A stretch of DNA of 62,416 nt, filler included. It is 3 parts of 3 records of this genome, joined end to end, with 100 filler letters (N's around TTAATTAATTAA, not from the genome) between each part and the next. Parts side by side here need not be neighbours in the genome. Positions count along the whole stretch, not along the records: positions 1 to 19,663 come from DRR723986_610; positions 19,764 to 48,911 come from DRR723986_611; 1 more part is not named here. One strand, written 5' to 3'. A model generated the notes under the pieces. It made no database searches. It was not told where the DNA came from and saw nothing but the letters and a program-made list of their open reading frames with translations. Below, in pieces: positions 11,300-20,927 of the stretch. Position 1 is the first letter of the stretch; each line of letters starts with the position of its first letter. A program made the position numbers and the translations under genes.

Positions 11300-11749
11300 A
11301 TGGAGTATGCCATGTCTTCAAATCCTGCTGTTTCAGGGCCATCCGGCGAGGAAGTCCACGACAAGAGCACCCCAGGTCGCGGCTATGTGGTGGTTATCTA
11401 TGGTCTGTATATTGGTAGCATCATGGCGGTGGTGACAGCGCCGATAGGTGCGCTTGTCGCCCACCTGCGAAAGGGTCGCGGGGCCGCATGGCTGGACACG
11501 CATCTGCAGTTTCAGATTCGCACCTTTTGGCTGGGCATGGTGGCTGCCGCAGCTGCCCTGCTAATGTGGCGAGTCGCCGGGCAAGTTGGGCTCTCATCTG
11601 TTTACGCCTGGGCTTTTGGTTACCTCTTTTTTACGGTCGCTATCATCTGGATGATGGGGCGCTGCGCCGTAGGCATTCACAGGCTTACCTCAAACCAGGC
11701 CATCGACGCACCAAAGAGCTGGCTGTTCGGGCTGGGCAAGCAGGCTTGA
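11300..11749 (+). CDS. Small membrane protein (DUF4870-like)
   Basis: Y.LY, TAPIG..VAH, WL.TH..FQIRTFW and W...R...G motifs; 3-4 TM; stop overlaps the next start (TTGA). Confidence 0.7.
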   Translation: MEYAMSSNPAVSGPSGEEVHDKSTPGRGYVVVIYGLYIGSIMAVVTAPIGALVAHLRKGRGAAWLDTHLQFQIRTFWLGMVAAAAALLMWRVAGQVGLSSVYAWAFGYLFFTVAIIWMMGRCAVGIHRLTSNQAIDAPKSWLFGLGKQA

Positions 11750-12309
11750 CCCAGACCAGCGCCAACGACTGGGGGCCGCTGTCCACACTGCCGGGCAACC
11801 CACTGATGTGGGTACTGATACTGAGCGAAATGCTGGTTTTCTCGGCTTTCTTTGTGCTGTTCGCCTGGCAACGTGCGCTTGAGCCCGAACTGTTTAACCA
11901 GTCTCAGCTGCTGCTGGACCCAATCAGCGGCGGGCTGAATACACTTATACTACTGACCAGTGGACTCTTTGCTGCGCTTGCGGTTCAAGCCAGCGCTGCC
12001 AAACAAGTGCCGCGCTGCCGACTGTGGCTGGCACTTACCATGTTACTGGGGCTGGCCTTCTGCCTCATCAAGATTCTGGAATATGCAGACAAGTTCGGCG
12101 CCGGACTCACCCCGGAAACCAGTATCTTCTTCAGCTACTACTATCTGTTGACCGCTTTTCACCTGGCCCATGTAGTGTTCGGGCTGGGCCTGCTGGCACT
12201 GGTCACATGGCAGACCTCGCGGGAAAACGTGGAAACGGTCACCGCCTTCTGGCACATGGTTGACCTGATCTGGGTGATACTGTATCCACTACTCTACCTG
12301 CTGCGCTGA
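11746..12309 (+). CDS. norE: Cytochrome c oxidase subunit III-like NorE
   Basis: LPGNPLMWVLILSE, NT.ILLTSG, KILEY..K, YYLLTAFHLAHV, FWHMVDLIW motifs. TTG start at 11746 inferred from the overlap. Confidence 0.8.
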   Translation: MTQTSANDWGPLSTLPGNPLMWVLILSEMLVFSAFFVLFAWQRALEPELFNQSQLLLDPISGGLNTLILLTSGLFAALAVQASAAKQVPRCRLWLALTMLLGLAFCLIKILEYADKFGAGLTPETSIFFSYYYLLTAFHLAHVVFGLGLLALVTWQTSRENVETVTAFWHMVDLIWVILYPLLYLLR

Positions 12310-12322
12310 GGACAAGGGACTC

Positions 12323-12616
12323 ATGGAGAAAAAGCTTCCCGGCCAACAACGCTTGCTCACGACATGGCTTGTCCTTATGGCCCTGACCCTGTTCTCCATG
12401 TGGTCGGCACAGCTGGGAGACGAATCACGAGCACTGTCACTGCCACTGTGGGGCGTCGCACTGGTGCTGCTTAGCGCCGGGTTCAAGGTGCAGCAAATAC
12501 TGATGGTCTACCTCAACCTGCGCGTCTCCAGTCCCGGCTGGCGAGGGGGTTTCCTGTGCCTGTTGGCAGCAACGGTACTGCTGGTATGGCTTGGCTATTG
12601 GGCGGCCAAGGGCTAA
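12323..12616 (+). CDS. Cytochrome oxidase subunit IV-like NorF
   Basis: W..L..LT..S and K...I...Y.NLR motifs, 3 TM, follows norE. Confidence 0.65.
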   Translation: MEKKLPGQQRLLTTWLVLMALTLFSMWSAQLGDESRALSLPLWGVALVLLSAGFKVQQILMVYLNLRVSSPGWRGGFLCLLAATVLLVWLGYWAAKG

Positions 12617-12846
12617 TCAACATCGTCGGGGAAATCGGGATCAGGTGGCAGGGTATCGGGCTCGTTGCGGGCCCAGCGCTCCAGTTTCTTACCTCCCCAC
12701 ATCAACAGCCAGACCAGTACCGGCGAGACCAGAATAAAGCCCACGCCCCCATCGAAGTATTTGATAGCCATCACGAAGGGCGTGACGATAATACCGCACA
12801 GGATGACACCGAGTACCAGGGCAAAAGCCTCGCGTGACCTGTTCAC
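12613..12846 (-). CDS. Small two-TM membrane protein downstream of norD
   Basis: GGGGAG RBS then GTG start; two hydrophobic segments and an acidic/Pro tail. Confidence 0.55.
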   Translation of the reverse strand: MNRSREAFALVLGVILCGIIVTPFVMAIKYFDGGVGFILVSPVLVWLLMWGGKKLERWARNEPDTLPPDPDFPDDVD

Positions 12847-12870
12847 TTCACTCCCCCTATCTGCGACATA

Positions 12871-14808
12871 TCAGGAGGAGATAATTTGCCGATAGATGCC
12901 GGGCAGCGCCTGAGACAGATGTTCGGGCTTGTGCACCATGGCGTAGCCACCGCGGCCGAACAACTGACCGATATAGTCCTGTGCATCCCGGTCTATAGTC
13001 ACCCCAAACACCTTCAGTTCTTGCCGCCTGGCATCCATAATCGCGCGCCGGGTATCTTCAATTCCATAGCGGCCCTCGTAGTAGTCGCTGTCATTGGGCT
13101 TGCCATCGGTAAGCACCAACAGCAGGCGATGCCTGTTAGGGCGCTTGCCCAGGTCTACAGCGGCATGGCGAATAGCTGCACCCATGCGAGTATAGTGTCC
13201 CGGTTTCAGCGCGGCGATACGCCGCTCGGTTACCTCATTCATAGGCTCGTCAAACGACTTGAGGGTGTTGACCCATACCCGGTGACGACGGTGCGAGGTA
13301 AAACTCTGGATACTGTAGTCATCGCCACACGTGGCCAGACCGTGGGCCAGCACCAGCAAAGCCTCTTTCTCAATATCGATCACTCGCCGGTCTTCTACCC
13401 ATGCGTCGGTAGACAGCGATACATCAATGAGAATAGATACTGCTAAATCCCGCGCCTGCGCCCGCGTTGTCATGTACAGGCCTGCGCTATTATCACCCAC
13501 GGCAGCCAGATCGCAGTGCGCGCGAACCACCGCATCCATATCCAGTTCGTTGCCGTCAACCTGGCCTCGCAGCCATTCCCGACGCGGCCTGAGGGCCTCG
13601 AACTGCTGTTTTACGCGGCGAATACGCCTGCGGGTCTGGTCATCATGCGCGTGGTTATCGCCCTCCTCCTCGTGCACACCGCTCAGCACTTTGCAGTGAT
13701 CATGCTGATATCGCTGTTTACGGAAATTCCATTCGGGATAGACGTGCTCACCGCAAAGCCGTTCGCCCGCCGCGGTGCCGGGTGACAAATCCAGGTCCAT
13801 TTTCAGCTGGGAGGCGGCGCGCTGCTGATTCGGGCTCAGCGTAATTTCGTCCATTTGTTCAGCGTTGCTCTTCGCATTTTCATCCTCCTCGTCATCCACC
13901 AGACGGTTCACATTGACCATCTCTGCGAAAGAGAGAATTTTTTCAAAGCGGTTGAAGACCAGCGGATCGTCGCGCTCCGACTGGTCCTGGCGCCGCCGCT
14001 CAGCTTTGCGCTTGTCCTGGATTGACTCACTGGCAGGTGCGGGGGGCTCCGCTGCGTCATCTTCCTCGGGTTCAATACCGATAGCGGCTCCCATACGATT
14101 GAGATTGGCCCATAGCGGCACCGGCAAAGGCTGACGGTAGTTTTGTGGGGCCCGATACTCACGCAGGCTCATACCGGGGTCGAGAACGGCCGCATAGTAG
14201 CGTGCAGCCTCAGCAGACAGCGGTTGCTCTGATCCCAGCAGGTGACAGATTACCTCTTCCATTGCCGCTTCTGCAGGCGGCAGTGCACGAGCTGGCCGCA
14301 TTGTCAGCATGCTGTGCTGCAATCTCTTATATCGGTCGCGCAGACCGGGAAAACCATCCAGAACCGCCAGAGTCGCTGCAACAACCTGGCGCATTGCGCT
14401 CAGGTTCTGCCTCAGCGGATCTTTGAATATCTGCACAGGCGTCATGACCGCAAGCATTGCGGCTAGCCAGAAATACAGGTCGCGATTGCGTCGGGGGTCA
14501 TCAAACAGGGCGATCTTAGGCGGTAACAGCAAGTTCTCTTCATCGAGACGCGCGAGGTCCAGCGTTTCCTCATCCAGCCCCAGACGCTGGCGCAGATTGA
14601 GTCGGTGCGAGGAAGCGCGCGCGGCTATAGACGCTACGGCAACGCCACCCGGGCCGCCACCAGCGCGAAAAAACACCGCCAGTGGCCCCGAAATACTCTC
14701 GAGAGTAACGGCTGCATCGGGAAAGCTGGGGAAGCTGGCGCTGTGTGACGAGACCCAGCGATGCCAAAAGCGCCCTACGTTCTCTTCAAATTCCAGCCAC
14801 TCAAACAC
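12871..14808 (-). CDS. norD: NO reductase activation protein NorD (VWA)
   Basis: YPEWNF, G.ELDMDA, MIDAS motif LIDVSLST, YTRMGAAIRH, LTDGKPND.DYYEGRYGIEDT. Confidence 0.93.
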   Translation of the reverse strand: MFEWLEFEENVGRFWHRWVSSHSASFPSFPDAAVTLESISGPLAVFFRAGGGPGGVAVASIAARASSHRLNLRQRLGLDEETLDLARLDEENLLLPPKIALFDDPRRNRDLYFWLAAMLAVMTPVQIFKDPLRQNLSAMRQVVAATLAVLDGFPGLRDRYKRLQHSMLTMRPARALPPAEAAMEEVICHLLGSEQPLSAEAARYYAAVLDPGMSLREYRAPQNYRQPLPVPLWANLNRMGAAIGIEPEEDDAAEPPAPASESIQDKRKAERRRQDQSERDDPLVFNRFEKILSFAEMVNVNRLVDDEEDENAKSNAEQMDEITLSPNQQRAASQLKMDLDLSPGTAAGERLCGEHVYPEWNFRKQRYQHDHCKVLSGVHEEEGDNHAHDDQTRRRIRRVKQQFEALRPRREWLRGQVDGNELDMDAVVRAHCDLAAVGDNSAGLYMTTRAQARDLAVSILIDVSLSTDAWVEDRRVIDIEKEALLVLAHGLATCGDDYSIQSFTSHRRHRVWVNTLKSFDEPMNEVTERRIAALKPGHYTRMGAAIRHAAVDLGKRPNRHRLLLVLTDGKPNDSDYYEGRYGIEDTRRAIMDARRQELKVFGVTIDRDAQDYIGQLFGRGGYAMVHKPEHLSQALPGIYRQIISS

Positions 14809-14820
14809 AGGGCCGGCCCG

Positions 14821-15639
14821 TCAGTCTTCGCCGAAGGTGGCGCGAACCGCCTCCATTAGCCCCTCCCGAACGTCGGCATCGTCGCTCAGTGGTTCTACCA
14901 ATGTCGCCTGTGCCGCCTGTGTAGCCGGCATGCCATCGGCGATCAGGGTGGCACAGTAAATTAACAATCGCGTAGACACGCCCTCTTCCAGGTCTTGCCC
15001 TTTCATTGCGCGCAAACGGGCGGCGAGATTAATAAGCGCGGCACATTGCTGTGTAGGCAAGCCGCTTTCGGAGGCAACAATATTCCGTTCCAGATCGGGC
15101 GGAGGAAAGTCAAAACTCTTGGCAACAAAGCGCTGCCGGGTACTGGGCTTCAGCGACTTGAGTATGTGCTGATAACCCGGGTTGTATGAAACCACCAGCA
15201 TAAAGTCGTCGGGGGCCTCCAGTAATTCTCCAGTGCGCTCCAGGGGCAACAACCGGCGATCATCGGTCAACGGGTGCAGAACAACCGTGACGTCCTTGCG
15301 CGCCTCAACAACCTCATCGAGATAGCAGATACCACCCTCGCGTACCGCCTGTGTCAGCGGCCCGTCAACCCAGCGTGTTTCCCCGCCTTGCAGCAGATAG
15401 CGCCCGGTAAGGTCGGCTGCCGTAAGGTCGTCATGACAGGAAACAGTAAACAAAGGGCGTCCCAGCCTGGCAGCCATGTGGCTGACAAAACGGGTCTTGC
15501 CGCAACCGGTAGGGCCTTTCAATAGCAGCGGCAGGCGTTGCTTGTAAGCCTGCTCAAACAATTGACACTCGTTACCCACGGGCTCGTAAAAAGGGATTTC
15601 GTGCTGAATACGAGAGTCGGACGTAGCCGCGGTGTCCAT
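14821..15639 (-). CDS. norQ: AAA+ ATPase NorQ (CbbQ/NirQ/NorQ)
   Basis: GPTGCGKT Walker A, CHDDLTAADLTGR, YLDEVVEAR, SYNPGYQ, LKPSTRQRF. Confidence 0.95.
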   Translation of the reverse strand: MDTAATSDSRIQHEIPFYEPVGNECQLFEQAYKQRLPLLLKGPTGCGKTRFVSHMAARLGRPLFTVSCHDDLTAADLTGRYLLQGGETRWVDGPLTQAVREGGICYLDEVVEARKDVTVVLHPLTDDRRLLPLERTGELLEAPDDFMLVVSYNPGYQHILKSLKPSTRQRFVAKSFDFPPPDLERNIVASESGLPTQQCAALINLAARLRAMKGQDLEEGVSTRLLIYCATLIADGMPATQAAQATLVEPLSDDADVREGLMEAVRATFGED

Positions 15640-15678
15640 TGCTTAACTCCTGCAAGTGGTTATTAAAAATATACCTCA

Positions 15679-15806
15679 CCGTCATTCCCGCGCAGGCGGG
15701 AATACAGAGAAGTCAGTCACATACTGAATTCCCGCCTGCGCGGGAATGACGGCGGGTATCGCATGTCCAGAAATGACGCCGTCTACCGAATGCTCGGGGA
15801 TGACGG
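15679..15806. repeat. Second REP-like doublet (15679-15752) followed by two degenerate 27-bp tandem copies of its arm
   Basis: CCGTCATTCCCGCGCAGGCGGGAAT plus reverse complement; ATGACG recurs at 15746, 15773 and 15800. Confidence 0.8.
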
Positions 15807-15825
15807 CGCCTTTTCCTGATCCGTA

Positions 15826-17157
15826 CTAGCCATCTGCAGCACCTGAAGCCTGCTCTTTCACCGGCCCAAAGATCGAGATAAAGAAGATCACGGCTGCTAT
15901 TGCCACCACTACACCGGAACCCAGGCGCATGAAATAGAACAGTTGCAGCTGGTCCTGCACTTCCATGAAATTCATACCCATCACTCGCTGCAGATGGGTT
16001 TGCACCACACCGGCAAAGGTCAAAGTAAAGGTCATGAAACACATCGCCGAGCTCATTAACCAGAAACTCCACATATTCAAAATCTGGTTATAGGGCTGCA
16101 CTCTGCGCAACTGGGGCATGGCGTAGGTTATCACTGCCAGAATCATCATGACATAAGCACCAAAGAAGGCCAGGTGCCCGTGTGCAGCTGTCACCTGAGT
16201 GCCGTGCGTGTAATAGTTGACGAAAGACAGCGTGTGCATGAAGCCCCACACGCCTGCTCCAAAGAAAGCCAGCGTTGCGCTACCCAGGGTCCACAGCATG
16301 GCACTCTTGTTGGGGTGGTTGCGGCGACCTTTCCAGAACATGAAGAATGCGAACATCACCATGGCAAAGAACGGCAGCACTTCCAGCGTGGAGAAGATAC
16401 TGGACAATGGCTGCCAGTAACCCGGCGCACCAATCCAGTAATAGTGGTGCCCGGTACCAAGCAAGCCAGAGAACAGCGCCAAGCCTATAATAACGTAGAG
16501 CCATTTTTCGATCACTTCACGGTCTACACCGGTCAACTTGATGAGCAGGTAAGCCAGCAGAGAAGCCATGATGAGCTCCCATACACCTTCTACCCAAAGG
16601 TGCACTACCCACCACCAGTAGAGCTTATCGACCGCCAGATTGCCGGGGTTAACAAAAGCGAAGAGCCAGAACACGGCGGCCAGCCAAAGACCTAGCATAA
16701 GCACCAGACTGATGGCAGTTTTACGGCCTTTATAAAGGGTAATACTGGTGTTGTAGAGAAACATCAGGAAAGAGATGGTAATCAAAATTTTTGACCACAG
16801 TGGTTGTTCCAGAAACTCCCTGCCCTCGTGAATCCCCAACTGGTAGCTCAGCAGCGCACCGGCGCCGGCCACTGCAAAGATAGCCAACTGTACATAGGCA
16901 ATCATGGGGCTGTGAATTTCCTGCTCAGCCTCTTCCGGCAGCAGGTAATACGTGCAACCCATAAAGCCCAGAAGCAGCCAGACCACCAACAGGTTAGTGT
17001 GACTCATACGCATGATATGGAAAGGCATGGCCTCCGACAGAAACTCGGGCATGATATAAACCGTTGCTGCCATAATCCCGAACACGATCTGCAAGGCAAA
17101 CAGCGCCATTGCTACCGCAAAGAACGGGTAGGCCACCCGCTGTGTTTCATATTTCAT
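15826..17157 (-). CDS. norB: Nitric oxide reductase large subunit (cNOR)
   Basis: R..HTN, GREFLEQP, WWWVVHLWVEGVWE, GTGHHYYWIG, GFMHTL..VNYYTHGTQVTAAHGH. Confidence 0.97.
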   Translation of the reverse strand: MKYETQRVAYPFFAVAMALFALQIVFGIMAATVYIMPEFLSEAMPFHIMRMSHTNLLVVWLLLGFMGCTYYLLPEEAEQEIHSPMIAYVQLAIFAVAGAGALLSYQLGIHEGREFLEQPLWSKILITISFLMFLYNTSITLYKGRKTAISLVLMLGLWLAAVFWLFAFVNPGNLAVDKLYWWWVVHLWVEGVWELIMASLLAYLLIKLTGVDREVIEKWLYVIIGLALFSGLLGTGHHYYWIGAPGYWQPLSSIFSTLEVLPFFAMVMFAFFMFWKGRRNHPNKSAMLWTLGSATLAFFGAGVWGFMHTLSFVNYYTHGTQVTAAHGHLAFFGAYVMMILAVITYAMPQLRRVQPYNQILNMWSFWLMSSAMCFMTFTLTFAGVVQTHLQRVMGMNFMEVQDQLQLFYFMRLGSGVVVAIAAVIFFISIFGPVKEQASGAADG

Positions 17158-17218
17158 TGTTCAACCCTCTACCAGTAAACTTTTCACGTGCCGAGATCAG
17201 CACATTGTTATTTGCGCT

Positions 17219-17671
17219 TTAACCGGCGTTATTCGGTGGCCAGTCCTGGGTATCAATGGAGTCTGTCCATTGCAGGAAATCAATCAGCGCATCCAACTGC
17301 TCTTCGCTGAGATCAAACCTCGGCATGACACGCCGACCAGGAATATTCAGCGGTTGTGCGCGAATCCAGCCCTTGAGGCCGGCACGGGCGGCATCGGCGT
17401 TGTCGCGGCCGCCGTAGCGCGTCCAGACGTTGCCCAATTCCGGTGCAAAATAAGCGCCTTCACCCAGAATGGTGTGGCAGTTGATGCAGCTGTTCTCCTC
17501 CCAGACGTGCTTGCCTTGCTTGACCTGTTCGGTCAACGTCTCGCTATCGGTGGAAACATTGACCATATACCAGTGGGTATGCGCCGTTAGCCCCGCAAAC
17601 AATATGAAGAAGAACAACGAACCACCGTAAAAAATATTGCGTGCCGCTGATCTCGTGATCACTTCGGACAT
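17219..17671 (-). CDS. norC: Nitric oxide reductase cytochrome c subunit
   Basis: ARNIFYGGS anchor, CINCHT heme motif, GEGAYFAPEL, GRRVMP, WPPN.AG; start at ATG 17671. Confidence 0.96.
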   Translation of the reverse strand: MSEVITRSAARNIFYGGSLFFFILFAGLTAHTHWYMVNVSTDSETLTEQVKQGKHVWEENSCINCHTILGEGAYFAPELGNVWTRYGGRDNADAARAGLKGWIRAQPLNIPGRRVMPRFDLSEEQLDALIDFLQWTDSIDTQDWPPNNAG

Positions 17672-17744
17672 TGGATTTCTCCCCGATTTTCGATTAATAG
17701 TTATGAGACTTATCCGGCTGAACCGGGCACATAGATATCGTAAA

Positions 17745-17763
17745 CATGCATATAATATGAATT
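17745..17763. promoter_or_regulatory. Degenerate NsrR-type operator upstream of norC
   Basis: CATGCA-TATAATA-TGAATT (3 mismatches); minus strand contains TATTAT as in the nirS site. Confidence 0.5.
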
Positions 17764-18040
17764 TATTAGAACGACCGCAACTCTCTTTGTAAGGGGCACT
17801 GAGAGAGCCTGCCACTGACACGACGCGGCAAAGCTATACCCATTAGACCTAAAGGCTATTTTGTAAACCTTATCAGATAGTTAAGGAGGATTGAGACCTG
17901 CGGAAACGATGATAAGCAGCGGTTGGAAAGGCATAAGACTTAAGGGATTGGCGTTTGATACGCCCAAGGCTGGGCTGATTTTTCATACTCTACAGGCGAT
18001 AGAGGATGGATGACCCCTGTCGCCTGCCCACCATCATTCA

Positions 18041-18274
18041 TTAACGCCTTTTATAGGGCGGCTTACCGCGGAACTCCGCTCTCTTGACCTTAACAGGCTT
18101 CTTCTGCTCCACCTCTGATGCTGCCACCGTCTCTGAGGAGCGCTTGAAAGGGGGGCGTCCGGAGTAATCTGTCGTCACCCTTTTCAAACAGTCGTCAGTA
18201 CAGACATTATCGGCGATTGCAGGGGTCGCAGTCAGGACGGTCATAGCGACCAACAGTGCGAGTGCTTTCTTCAT
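18041..18274 (-). CDS. Small exported basic protein with a duplicated G[RK]PP[FY]KR motif
   Basis: GGAG RBS; signal peptide MKKALALLVAMTVLTATPAIA; CTDDC; YSGRPPFKR and FRGKPPYKR. Confidence 0.7.
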   Translation of the reverse strand: MKKALALLVAMTVLTATPAIADNVCTDDCLKRVTTDYSGRPPFKRSSETVAASEVEQKKPVKVKRAEFRGKPPYKRR

Positions 18275-18513
18275 CGTTTTACTCCGGATGTCAGTGTCGG
18301 TGAGCACCTATGTGGTGCAGAAATGAGATTATGCACCAATCAAGAACAGTCAAGGCCCCTATATAGTGCGTTTATACCGAAGAACAACATCGATAAAACC
18401 GTAGCGTGCAAAGTCGGTTGTATTGCAAGTTAACTTCCCCATACCTCCGCAACCCGATGTCCACCTTCAAGCAACTTCCCTGCCCCAATAAGCGAACACA
18501 GATCCTGAGATCA

Positions 18514-19020
18514 TGCAGTGGTCTAATGAATCCGGACACCAACATGGATGGTAAACTCGCCACCGGAGAGGTGTTCAATGGCAGGACAGCGACGATCATT
18601 TTCAGCAGAAGTCGAACGTAAGGCTGCCAGCCTGGTGCTGGACCAGGGCTATTTCATGGCCGAGGCCAGCAGGTCGCTGGATGTCGGTGAGACGGCGCTG
18701 ACCGCAGAGCAGCAGCATCGTTACCATGCTCAGGATCGGGGCACGCACATAGGCCGTTTCAAAGTACGGGCGCTAATGCGTGAATCAGGACTGATTGGCA
18801 AGCAACCGGGCCCCGCATAAGTACAAGCGGGCAACGGTCGAGCGGCCAGACATACCGAATCGCCTGGACCGGGAGTTCGATGTGGCTGGATCAGACCAGG
18901 TCTGGTGCGGCGATATTATGTACCTGTGGGCGCAAGGACATTGGCATTATCTGGCATTGGTGCTGGATCTCCACCGTCGCCGTGTCGTTGACTGGGCGAT
19001 GTCGAGGCACCCTGATGCTT
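18514..19020 (+). mobile_element. Internally deleted IS3-family remnant
   Basis: IS3-like left end TGCAGTGGTCTAATGAATCCGGACAC; OrfA fragment RRSFSAE...AASLVLDQG; OrfB fragment PNRLDREF...QVWCGDI.Y.W...W.YLA.VLDL..RRVVDW. Confidence 0.75.
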
Positions 19021-19616
19021 TACGTCGTCAGCCCTTGTGGAACCATTTGGTCCTAATTATAAGAGACACTTTTCTGCCAGTTATATCTCCAGTCTAGCCT
19101 GCTAATTGCAGGTTGTGTACTTTTCGCTGGCTCAGCGTGCTTTGCTTCACTATTGCACGTTGATCCAATATCTCGTTTCGTCTGCCCTCGTAAACATCTG
19201 CTGGCGTGACGTTGACCAATGATTCGTGATACCGCTCATGGTTGTAATGCTCAACCCACTGAGTAATCGCGTGCTCCAGTTCCCACGGATAGTAGTAATT
19301 CTCGAGCTTGACCACGTTCTTCATTGAGCGATGATATCGTTCGATCTTGCCCTGGGTCTGCGGGTGATACGGTGCGCCCCGGGTGTGCTCCATGTCCTGT
19401 GTTTTGAGCCAAGCTTTGAGTTCACCACTCATGTAACAAGGCCCATTGTCCGATAATAATCTGGGGCGATGCCTTACTCGCGCCTTGGACAGTCCTGTCG
19501 CCTCCAACGCATCTTCCAGGGTGCCAGTGACATCAGCCGCAGCCATGGTGGTCGTCAGACGCCAGGTGATGATTTAGCGCGAGTAATCATCCAGTATCGT
19601 TGACAGGAAGTACTAG
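19021..19616 (-). mobile_element. Truncated IS (rve transposase pseudogene), cut at 19617 by another IS
   Basis: YFLSTILDDYSR*II (in-frame stop at 19574-19576), LLSDNGPCY, PYHPQTQGKIERYHRSMKN, YN..RYHESL. Confidence 0.8.
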
Positions 19617-19663
19617 TGTCCCTACTGAAAATTCGATCGCCCTGATTTTATTGACTATTCCTA
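19617..19663 (+). mobile_element. Left end of the IS whose body lies at 1-1026
   Basis: TGTCCCTACTGAAAAT terminal inverted repeat; last 22 nt CTGATTTTATTGACTATTCCTA equal window positions 1-22. Confidence 0.8.
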
Positions 19664-19763
19664 NNNNNNNNNNNNNNNNNNNNNNNNNNNNNNNNNNNNN
19701 NNNNNNNTTAATTAATTAANNNNNNNNNNNNNNNNNNNNNNNNNNNNNNNNNNNNNNNNNNNN
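19664..19763. other. Artificial contig spacer (Ns with TTAATTAATTAA linker)
   Basis: 100 nt of N with a six-frame stop linker at 19708-19719. Confidence 0.98.
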
Positions 19764-20375
19764 GTTGCGCACCATGAACTCTTTCAGAATGTCGTTCTGA
19801 ATGGTGCCTGACAACATATCCTGACCAACGCCCTGCTCTTCGGCCGCCACAATATAGCCGGCTAGCACGGGTAGTACCGCGCCGTTCATCGTCATCGATA
19901 CAGAGACTTTGTCCAGTGGAATACCGTCGAACAGCACTTTCATGTCTTCGACAGAATCGATTGCGACACCGGCTTTACCGACGTCGCCGGTCACACGGGG
20001 GTGATCCGAGTCGTAACCGCGGTGGGTAGCCAGGTCAAAGGCGACAGATACGCCCTGACCGCCCGCTGCCAGTGCTTTGCGGTAGAAAGCGTTAGATTCT
20101 TCAGCCGTTGAAAAGCCCGCATACTGACGTATTGTCCAGGGACGGCCGGCATACATGGTTGGCTGTGGCCCGCGGATAAAGGGCTCAACGCCTGGGAAGG
20201 TATTGGTATACGGCAGATCAGCAGTATCTTCTGCAGTGTACAGCGGTTTTACATCAATACCCTCTGGGGTATTCCAAACCAAGTCATCCAATGACTTGTT
20301 GCTGCGTTCAAGCGATTTATTGGCAATGTTCTGCCATTCGTCCAACGAAATCTCTGGGGCTTTGTAATCGGCCAT
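19764..20375 (-). CDS. scpA: Methylmalonyl-CoA mutase, N-terminal part (truncated by contig end)
   Basis: [59 protein letters not shown]. Confidence 0.95.
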
Positions 20376-20441
20376 ATACGAGTACCTGTCGTGTGTCAGT
20401 GCCACGCCGCTTCTGTGAGTAGCTATGGCGACTAGGAGTGA

Positions 20442-20852
20442 TTAGTGGTCGGCAGCGGGCTGATTGATTTCAATCAGGACGCCGTCGCAAGACTTGGGGT
20501 GGATAAAGATAACTTGGCAGCCATGCGCACCGGGTGACGGCGCATCTGACAAAAACTGGTAGCCCTTCTCTTTCAAACGCGCGACATCGGCCTCGATGTC
20601 ATCGCTGCGAAAGCACAGGTGGTGGATGCCGCCTGGCTTTTTCTCCAGGTACTTGGCGATAGGGCCTTCACCATTAAGCGGGTGAACGAGCTCAATGCTG
20701 GTTGGGGGAAGTGGGAAAAACGCCGTCGAGGTCTTCGCGCTTTCAACGTCTTCAGTGCCTTCAAAAGGCAAACCAAAGTCTTCCATGAAACGTTTGATGG
20801 CCTTTTCCAAATCCGGCACAGCGATGGCGATATGGTCTAGTGCAGTGATCAT
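20442..20852 (-). CDS. mce: Methylmalonyl-CoA epimerase
   Basis: DHIAIAV, IELV.P, GGIHHLCF, GAHG..V.F.HPK...GVLIE. Confidence 0.92.
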   Translation of the reverse strand: MITALDHIAIAVPDLEKAIKRFMEDFGLPFEGTEDVESAKTSTAFFPLPPTSIELVHPLNGEGPIAKYLEKKPGGIHHLCFRSDDIEADVARLKEKGYQFLSDAPSPGAHGCQVIFIHPKSCDGVLIEINQPAADH

Positions 20853-20927
20853 AAATACTCCGAATACGTCAGGGCAAACCGGCGGGGGCTTAGCTGCCCC
20901 ACACCGGTCGCCGTCGATTAGACGAGC

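Noticed and set aside
11488-11745. N-terminal extension of the 273-aa ORF
   Set aside because: Overlaps the 11300-11749 gene in another frame; NorE similarity starts only at about 11746.
15726-15806. 27-bp periodic repeats as a possible CRISPR array
   Set aside because: Only three degenerate abutting units, no unique spacers and no cas genes; they derive from the REP arm.
17672-17821. 50-aa N-terminal extension of norC
   Set aside because: Runs through the promoter and operator; the conserved NorC start is at 17671 behind a GGGGAG RBS.
19708-19719. TTAATTAATTAA palindrome (also at 48956-48967)
   Set aside because: Synthetic six-frame stop linker inside N spacers, not biological.
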